Below the pieces are notes generated by a model. That model was not told where the DNA came from and searched no databases. It saw only the letters and a program-made list of their open reading frames with translations. From assembly GCA_023334545.1 (NCBI GenBank), contig JAADVB010000174.1, positions 1 through 40,352 on the forward strand: a stretch of 40,352 bases of DNA, read 5' to 3'. Source of the stretch: Salisapilia sapeloensis CBS 127946. Its lineage: Eukaryota; Protista; Oomycota. This document shows positions 19,304 through 27,823 of this stretch, in pieces (within the stretch, counting starts at the first letter, position 1; each line of letters starts with the position of its first letter). Position numbers and translations under genes: made by a program.

Positions 19304-21401
19304 CTAGGGGGTCGTGTGACCCCGAGGACGGTCCTCTTTAAGCGCCAGGAGCTCATCTTCTCTCGTCTGCAGCGCTCTCAAGAGTCTCCTATTCTCAAAC
19401 TCGAGCTCTTCGATCTTGGTCAACCGCGTCTCTTGCTCCGCTTCGGCAATCTCCAGACCTCGAACGAACTCATTAAGCAGCTCTCTCTGTCCTCTCCTCT
19501 GCTCGTCCGACCACGGCGCCTCCTTCTCCTCCTCTTCTTCCTCATAGATCAGTCGTTTCTCAATCTCTTCCTTCTCGACGCTCTGATTCGGACTCGACAG
19601 TCGCTGCAGTTGCTCCTGATACTTTGTCTTCAAGACTGTCGTTAATGGCACTCGGTTCCCAGACGTCGGTGGAGACGGCTCAGGCTCTGCCTCGTCATAG
19701 TTAGACGTAAACGTCTCTTCCTGTGGTTTCTCCTGTACCGTGTGTTCACTTTGTGCTCGACGTCTCGCGGGTGTCGAGTTCAAAATGACTCGATGAATAT
19801 TCCCAATGGCAAATCGCAGTTCCTTCTGTCGCTTTTCGATGTCCGAAAGACCGACTTGAATGTCTCTCCCTTCATTCGCTTTCGTCGTCTGTGTCTTACG
19901 TTTCTGCAGATCTCTCAACTGCGCTTCAAGCTCATGCACACGTTCTCGATACTGCTTTAGCATCGCAGATTCTCCTTCGATCTCATTCACTGCTGCCCGA
20001 TTACGCATATGCCGAGCTCTACTTGCGAATTTAAGCGTATTATGTGTCTCCGAGAGACACGAGACGGCAGGAGAGACGGTGCAGACGACAGCGATCTGTG
20101 CTCGACCACTAAGCGACGGTTGGAGGATACGCGTGAGTTTCGAATTGCGATACGGAAGGTGTTCATGCGCTACTTTCTTGCCCTTATTCCTTCCTCCTCG
20201 ATCTCGACTGAGTTTCCAGATGATGTGGCCGAGTGTCAGGAGGCTTCGGTTGATGTATCGGCCTTCTTCTTGATGCTGACCAGTCGTATTAGCCGACCGG
20301 ACGCTTTCAGAGCCTGCGAGATCAACAAGGTTGAGTGTTGCGGAGCGTACGGGTGATGTGGATGCTCCAGAAGCTTTCTGCTGGCTTTCGATGACCTACA
20401 GGTGATGTGAGAAGGTGTTTGTACGAGGTAGGTGGATGGATGTACCATTCGGAAGATAACATGAGAGCGAGAGGATTGGTCGTTGAGTTCTGTCGTGGCC
20501 ATGTGTCGATATCGATTCCCTTTATCGATGAGTGAGAGGACGTGGTCGGTCGTGAGTACGATCTCTTCCTTGAGCCCTTTGATGACAATGTCTTTGGCGG
20601 CTGAAGGACCTTCCTGGTTCTTCCCGGTCGTACCACACGGTTTATGGACTTCATAGATGTTAATGTCGGAGCGACTGCCACCTGCGAGTAGGTCGTAGAT
20701 GCGTTCATTGTAGATCTCGAGGTAGTTTACACGCACGAGGAACTCGACATCCTGGTGACTGGCAATCTCGTGGAAGACGTCGTTCACAGCGAGTTGGATC
20801 ACGCCAGGCTCTCGATTCGTTCCCTATCGGCACGGGTCATTATACTAGAGTAGTGGCGTCTGAGGTAGGAGGATATACCTGCATGGTATGCGTCTTGCCA
20901 GTCCCTGTCTGTCCGTAGAGGAAGACAGCCGAGTGGTATCCCTCGACGCTAGCAACGACAGCATCCTATAGAATATGAATATGAAAACTGTACAGAAGCC
21001 AAGAGAGTTAATATGTACCTGGATCGTGTTCTTATAAACCTCTTCGGTATATGTGATCGGTGGGTAGAGGTAGTCAAAGGTGTAGGAGGATGGCAGTGTG
21101 GATTCTATCGCTGGTCGATTCGGGCGACCTTGTCTCGGCGTCGGTCTCTTTCGGTCACCTCCCGACCTTGTCGGTACTTGTGCAGGAAAAATCTGCTGGT
21201 AGATGGTGTTCTCGTACCTGCAATGAATGCACGCATGAGGCTTTTACGTAACATCTCTTGATGATAGCTACACGATTACCAAGTCCACGCCGCTTTACCA
21301 CCTGCTTTCAAAGACTCCATCTGCGTGAACGGGCGTAGTCTCACACCTACTTTAATGCGTTTTTCCCGGGCTTTCGGCGCCCCAAGCGCCAGTGGAGGCA
21401 T
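19304..21401 (-). CDS. Kinesin motor protein, kinesin-7 (CENP-E)-like, 625 aa
   Basis: complement join(21280..21401,21019..21217,20879..20965,20446..20823,19304..20395); introns 62, 53, 55, 50 nt. IKVGVRLRP, YTFDYLY, P-loop YGQTGTGKTHTM, YLEIYNERIYDLL, switch I SSRSH, switch II LNLVDLAGSE, HLPYRNSKLTRILQPSL. Subfamily call is by resemblance only. Confidence 0.88.
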
Positions 21402-21452
21402 GCCTTCCTAGTCCCAAATCGCGATCTACGACGAGATGGCTGTCGGTTCCGA

Positions 21453-21469
21453 TTTTCAGCCAATCAAAA
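21453..21469. promoter_or_regulatory. Oomycete-type CCAAT box in the kinesin/panC bidirectional promoter
   Basis: TTTTCAGCCAATCAAAA (reverse: TTTTGATTGGCTGAAAA), in the 130-bp gap between divergent ATGs at 21401 and 21532. Confidence 0.6.
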
Positions 21470-21531
21470 GTCTAGAAAAAGTATATACGCCAATCGTATT
21501 GATTCACTTGACATTCGACGCGCAAACGAAA

Positions 21532-22534
21532 ATGTGGCGACGAGCTAGGAGCTCGAGTAGCAAAGCGATGGAGGTGCTACGTACACCTGCTGAGTTTCGA
21601 AAAGCGCGTAAAGGATTACCAGCAGACGTGACTATCGGTCTCGTCCCTACGATGGGTGTACTCTTTCTTTATTAACTTGTCACGAAAGAAAAGAGCTTAA
21701 ATGTCTTCTAGGGCTTGCATGCAGGTCACCAGTCGCTGGTTAGGGCGGCGAGAGAACGATGTGACGTGGTGGTCGCGAGCATCTTTGTGAATCCACTGCA
21801 GTTCGGTCCGGAAGAAGATTTTGACAAGTATCCTCGTCAGGAAGAGCAAGATGTTGCGCTTTTAAAGGACGAAGGAGTCGACATGGTCTTGATGCCGTCC
21901 GTACAAGACATGTATCCTCTTAATTACAGGTATGTAGTGATTTAGATAGTGCATTAGGGTCTATAGATCAACATGCAAGTGTATCAGATGTGTCGTGACG
22001 CCGCAAGGGTTCGATGCGATCCCGGAAGGACGTGTTCGACCAGGACACTTTGGTGGTGTCGCGACGGTCGTGACCAAGTTGTTGAATATCGTCCAGCCGA
22101 CGAGCGCCTTCTTTGGCGAGAAGGATGCGGCGCAATGTGTGCTCATCCAGCGTCTCGTGCGCGACTTGAACATGGATGTGGACGTTCACATCGTTCCAGT
22201 CGCTCGGGAAGAAGACGGACTAGCGCTTTCGACTCGGAACCAGTACTTGAGTCAAGAGGAACGAGCGGTGGCAGGTGTCGTGTACAGAGGGTTACGTCGT
22301 GCGAAAGAGTACTTTGATTCTTCCGAGCAGCTTCGAATGGGCGCTGAAGAGCTATCAGGAGTCATTCGGAATGAGTATGCGCAAGAGCCCTTGTTGACAA
22401 GAGTGCAGTACATTAGTGTCGCTTCTCGAGAGACGATGGAGGAGATAGATCAAGTGGATAGGAGTGGAGGTGCAGTCGTATCTGTCGGTGTGCAACTAGG
22501 CAAGTGTCGACTGATCGACACGATTACGCTTTGA
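21532..22534 (+). CDS. panC: Pantoate--beta-alanine ligase (pantothenate synthetase), 296 aa
   Basis: join(21532..21657,21712..21929,21988..22534); introns 54, 58 nt. GLVPTMGGLHAGH (HIGH-like), [68 protein letters not shown]. Confidence 0.95.
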
Positions 22535-22554
22535 AAGAAAGAGAGGGTACAAAA

Positions 22555-25500
22555 TTAATTCGGATGACGTTTGGCGTCCCATGCTTTGGCTTCGACTTCA
22601 TCCCAATTGATACCATCCAAGTCATCTCCTTCGTTATCACTCAGCAAAGAGATTGTATCTTTTGGTTGGTAGGATTTGGACGAGGTACTTGAAACTTCCT
22701 CTGGCGTCAGTCGATGGCGTTTGAGGTAGGACTGGACGATCTCGATGATCGCGGGGCCATACTTTTTCACACGAACTTTGCCGACACCTTCGATCTGCAG
22801 CAGCTCTGCGTTCGACGTCGGGACAGCATTGGCGATGGCTGCGATGCCTGATGTCGGGAGGATATGGTACGGCATCATGTTGAAGTTGTCGCAGACACTA
22901 GCGCGCCAGTCTTTCAGCAGTTGCGCCAAGGACGCAGCATGTCGTTCTGGGATGCGTCCATGGACGTGAGATTGAGGTATGAGTGGATACTTTTCCGTCT
23001 TTTTCTTCTTGACGATAGGTGCGTCGTCAAAGTCATCGTCCTGTCGCTTCTTTTTCTTTTCTTTCGGCGCTTTCTTCTTTTTCTCTTTCTCTTTCTTTTC
23101 GTTTGTCGAGGCATTCGCAACGAGCTTTCGAGGTAGACGCTTGGTCTTGTACATGAGTTGTACTCTTTCCCCTCGATATAGTTTAAAAGCAGACGTTCCT
23201 TCGGCTAAGAACGTCGTAGTGAATCCCATCCGATTCTTTTCATCTTGTTCTCGAAGGTATTGGCGTAAGATCATGTGATAGAGAATGCGTTCACATTCAC
23301 TTCGTTCATAACGTCCTTTGCCTTTGCCAAAGCCAGACATACTTTCATACTGTCCTTGCTTCCACTCTCGTCCTTTAATCGATTGACCGAGGAAGAGTTG
23401 AGACACTTGTACGAGCGTACCAGGGTCGTTGTCCGTCTGCAGCGTCTTGACAATGTCCAAGATCGCTTGACAGTCTTCTGTCACATCCACTTGTTCTGCC
23501 ACTTGTCCCTCTGCTTGACTTTTGCAGTTATCACAAGTACCATGACAATCAGCGCGATTAAAGTACTCGCCAAAGTATTCTAAGAGAGATGTACGTCGAC
23601 ATTCGACTTGGTTTTCACAAAACTCGGTCATACGTCGGAGGTTTTGGAGATGGACATTGCGATGTTGAATGTTGTCCTTATCCTTTGTGATGAGTTTACG
23701 ACGTCGAGAGAGGTCGTTGAAGGAATAGTATAGAATGCAGTTCGCGACGTCTCCATCTCTTCCAGCTCGACCGGACTCTTGGTAGTAGTGCGTCACGGAT
23801 TGAGGGATCGTGTGGTGGATGACGTACCGGACGTCTGGTTTATTGATACCCATGCCAAAGGCAACGGTTGCGACGATGAGTTTGATCTTCCCTTTGCTCC
23901 ACTCGACGTGTCGAGTGCTTCGGTCTTCTGGATCGAGACCAGCATGGTAGAAGCTGATCTGCTTGGCCTTTGGCGTGTTCTCAAAGCCAAGTGCCTTGAT
24001 AAGTTTCTCAGCTGTCTGTTCACAATCTTTCTTCGAAAGACAGTAGATGATACCAGAGTCGTCCAAGTGTTTACCGACGTAGTCTGCAATCTCTTTCATA
24101 AAGTGCGAAGTCTTGCGTCGAACGTCGTACGTGAGGTTTGGACGATTGAAGCTCGAGCGTGTGATGAAAGGAGATTGGAGACCGAGGTTCTTGACGATAT
24201 CAGCTTCCGTCTGGGTGTTCGCAGTGGCGGTGAGGGCCATGAGCGGGACAGACGGATAGTTCTTACGCAAGACACCGAGAGACATGTAGTCTTTACGAAA
24301 GTCGTGACCCCATTGACTGATGCAGTGAGCTTCATCCACGACGAAACGAGCGAGTTGGTTCCGCTGCGATAGCGTGTCGAATAGATTGCTGAGCATGGTC
24401 GAAGATGCGATCTTTTCAGGTGTCACGAACAAGAGTTTGATACGATCTCGACGAGAAAAGAGTTCCGAGATGATCGGCCTTTGCTCCGTCTCGTAGTCCT
24501 GATCGGAGCTGAGGCAAGCGACGCCAACTTCCACAGCTTCGAGCTGCTGCACTTGATCCTGGATGAGCGACACGAGTGGCGAGATGACGATGGTTGTACC
24601 GCGATCGATGCATGCTGGGAGTTGGTAGCAGAGACTCTTGCCACCTCCTGTAGGCATGAGCACAAAGACGTCTTTACCGAGAAAAGCTTGTTGAACAATC
24701 GCTTCTTGGTTCGGTCGAAACGCATTGTGGCCAAAGACGTCGTGCAGGACTTTTCGTGCTTCTTGCATCTTGGAATTCACGTCGGCGTCGTGGCAATCTG
24801 CGACAGCAGCTACTTCAAAGGAAGACGATGTCTGTTGCGTCCCGGAAGTGTTGTCTCCATCCGCCCACGAGTGGAAGCCACAGCTACTGCATCGATAGTA
24901 CGACCGACCGGCGTTGGGACCGTGCTGGACGGTTGCGTTGGATGTGAGCAGACCGCACGAGCAGCGTGGAAGACTGTCGTCGGTTGTGCAATGCGTAGGC
25001 GAGTGGAATGGAGATGGTGGGATGTATGAAGACGGAGCTGGGGAGTCCGCCACAACGTTTGGGGTGGAGTATGTATTCGAGACAGAGCCTCCGGAATGCC
25101 GCAGCTCTCGGAACTGTCTACTGAGCGACTCTAGTTCTTGCTCGAGCTTGTTGCGTTGTTGAGAAAGGTTATATGGAATTTCTCCTTCTAATGACGCGTC
25201 ATCGCATTCCTCTCGAACCTGACGCAAGTGCGTTCGGACTTGTTGAATAGACTTTCGCAACTCTTCTTTCGTCGGACCATTGTGCGTATTTGTAGATGGT
25301 GTACACGTGCCGTATATAGTGTAATCTCTTCCATCTGCAGAGTGAAATGAATCATCACGTCGTGATGCGTTCGAATTGTATTGGTTGCTGCTGTTGTACT
25401 TGTCTGTACCACTGGATGCTGATGCAAACGTTGGTGTGTGCGTACTGGAAGGTGTGGGTGGTGCATACGTAGACATTGGACGTTGAGTAGGTGCTGAAGT

Positions 25501-26178
25501 TGTAGAAGACTTTTGCTGATGAGAAGCAACGAGTGCATCGACGTCGATTTCGCCGAACACGTCGTCTTCCTCATCTTGAATTGTATTCAGTACTTCATTC
25601 GCAGTCGAAGGTCTTGCATTTGGTCTTGATGCTGCAGGAGTTGGTGAGTAGTCTTTTGGTGGTGGACGAGCCGGTCGAGCGACTTGTTCCGGACGTTCGG
25701 ACTGCGTCGTCGTTGACCGCGAAATCGATTCAGGTCGGTGCAAAGGCAGATGATGCCGATCTTCCGGCTTGGGCATCGGCACAACTCTCATTCCAGAGCT
25801 ACTTTTACTCGGTGTAAGCTTTCTTAGCCGCATCAACGCCTCCGAACCTCTTCGCATCGTGTCTGCAACATCTCCCGCACTAGAAAATCGTCCAAGTTAC
25901 TACATCTCGCACATATATCCATATATGAAGCAACGCACGTAAGTTGTCTAGACTGTTTCGTATCACTAGCTCGTTTCTCCAAGAACGCATTAATGACATG
26001 CGAATTGAGTCCTTGTTGCAGTGCCGTTTCCTTTGGTGTCTAACTTACGCCATATCGTGAATCGATATATAAACTACATATCATCTGAACGCCACATTCG
26101 ACGTGAGCATATATCTACCTTTTTAGCCCACTCTAGCTGCTCCTGCAGGTTGTTCTTCGGCAACGAATTGACCTCCAT
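22555..26178 (-). CDS. BLM: BLM/Sgs1-like RecQ helicase with GRF zinc finger, RQC and HRDC; 1161 aa with two upstream exons
   Basis: complement join(26119..26178,25939..26039,22555..25879); introns 79, 59 nt. The 5' exons are inferred and the ORF track begins at internal Met 25857. MPTGGGKSLCYQLPA, VVDEAHCISQWGHDFRKDY, ATVAFGMGINKPDVRYVIH, YYQESGRAGRDG, RQC Zn (CRR...CHGTCDNC), HRDC (IEGVGKVRVKKYG). Confidence 0.92.
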
Positions 26179-26275
26179 CGCCCCGCGCAATTTCCCAACT
26201 GCAAAGGTTAATCTTGGTAAAAGTTACAGATTGCCACTCGGAAGAAAAGAAAAGGAAAGAGTCGAGTTCTCGTAA

Positions 26276-27805
26276 TTAAGCATGCAGAGCTTGGACTTGG
26301 AGGACGTCTGGATGCTTCTTGCCTCTTGTGTCTAAGTAAGCGTAGATAGGTGCATCAGACTCTCGGAAATGATGCAACGGTGGAGCCTTAGCTCGATGTC
26401 CTAGGAAGTTGTCAAAGCCTTTGAGTGCCATGCGCACGAGCTGATTCATGGTCATGCCGGCTTTGTCACCTGCCGCTCGAAAGACAGCGCTACACGCTTT
26501 CGCGATATCCTTGCGTTTGGTCATTGTGCCTATGAACGCCGGGTCTGGAGGAGACTGTATCTTGTTGGTACCCAAGTCCGACTGGAGGATGACGTCGGTC
26601 GTCATCTGATTCTGCCGGAGCGCATACTCGGTCAAGGCATGCGACCAGATACAGTGCTGGAGTAGTAGGTCTTGACTATCTGTAAACGTTGTCGAGATAG
26701 GTAGGACAGACTGGTTCGAGACGGTGAGTGTCATGTTATCAGCAAAGAGTTCCACGACGACAGACTGCTCCTTCTCTTGTGTCTTTACTTGCACCACTCT
26801 CGCCCAGAAATTGAGCACGCCATTGGCATTCTGTCTCGTTTTCAAAGGGACTACTCTACTTGTATTGTCTAATAGGATGACAATGTCTCCGATGGCAACA
26901 CGAGGGTTTAACGCCAAGTCAGAGCGTAGACCTCGTACCTTGACGGTGTCTTGCGAATCTGCTTTGCCCTTTAGACGCTCGTGATGACTACAGTCTTCAA
27001 ATGGTTCGGCTGAGATGTCTGTGGATGACTGTCGACACTCGAGATGGACCGAGCGGAGGCACTGGGTGCAGCTAACACACGCTCGCATGTCCTCTTCGGT
27101 CACTTGGCACTCGCTGCACTTGTGTCGAGGACAGACGAATGGCTTGCTGACAGCATATCCTCTAGCGAAGAGACAAGCAGGATGGTAGTAGAATCCGCAA
27201 TTGTCGATTTGGCAGGCGATGACTTGGAGGCCGTCTTGGCCTAGGAAGCCACACAAGGCGCAGGTATGGACGTTTCGAAGGCACTCGCCACACTTCCAGT
27301 CGTCTGATGGGATGCCGGAAACAGGAGCGAGTGGATCGATACAGGAAGGATGGAAAGATCGGCCACAAGAACCGGAGCAAACAACTATAGGATGTGCATC
27401 TGATGCGCACATGGTACAATAGGATGGAAAGAGATCGAAATGTCGTTTCGAAGGTGTCCACGGCGTATCGAGTGGTGGTTCTCGCGTTGTTGATCGAGCT
27501 CTTTTATTGCTACTTGTTTTCTTCTTGCTTTCTCTTGAACTCTTCTCTCGTCTCTTACCATGCACTCGATCACATTCGTCTTGATGGAACGTAATCGCTG
27601 CTTCGAATGTGCCGGCGGAGAAGACCATGTTGCATTTACGACAGGTCTTCAGCTGCTCAGCGTCTGTCTTATTACGAGGTGAAGACACCCCGTTGCTCGT
27701 ACTCGTGCACTCGAGTACATGCAGTGGGAAGCGAGGTCCGTCGAGGATCTGCTCACAGACTGGACAATCGGGCATTTGGATGGTCTCTAGTTTGATATAT
27801 TCCAT
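26276..27805 (-). CDS. Chromatin-reader-like protein: two UBZ-like fingers, NSD-type triple PHD cassette, PWWP/Tudor-like domain; up to 509 aa (alternative start 27775)
   Basis: CPVC-x12-H-x3-C; CRKC...FH...C; PHD1 C4HC3 (CTMC..CSGSC..FHPSC..WKCGEC); PHD2 (CALC..CQIDNC..YHPAC..CPRH); PHD3 (CSEC..CTQC..VHLEC..CSHH); GDIVILL...FWARVVQV...VELFAD. Confidence 0.85.
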   Translation of the reverse strand: MEYIKLETIQMPDCPVCEQILDGPRFPLHVLECTSTSNGVSSPRNKTDAEQLKTCRKCNMVFSAGTFEAAITFHQDECDRVHGKRREKSSRESKKKTSSNKRARSTTREPPLDTPWTPSKRHFDLFPSYCTMCASDAHPIVVCSGSCGRSFHPSCIDPLAPVSGIPSDDWKCGECLRNVHTCALCGFLGQDGLQVIACQIDNCGFYYHPACLFARGYAVSKPFVCPRHKCSECQVTEEDMRACVSCTQCLRSVHLECRQSSTDISAEPFEDCSHHERLKGKADSQDTVKVRGLRSDLALNPRVAIGDIVILLDNTSRVVPLKTRQNANGVLNFWARVVQVKTQEKEQSVVVELFADNMTLTVSNQSVLPISTTFTDSQDLLLQHCIWSHALTEYALRQNQMTTDVILQSDLGTNKIQSPPDPAFIGTMTKRKDIAKACSAVFRAAGDKAGMTMNQLVRMALKGFDNFLGHRAKAPPLHHFRESDAPIYAYLDTRGKKHPDVLQVQALHA

Positions 27806-27823
27806 ACAAAAGTCAAGTCAATT

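Noticed and set aside
21532-22534. panC as recent bacterial HGT or contamination
   Set aside because: It has two spliceosomal introns of the local type, a eukaryotic CCAAT promoter and host-like codon usage; pantothenate synthetase is widespread in eukaryotes.
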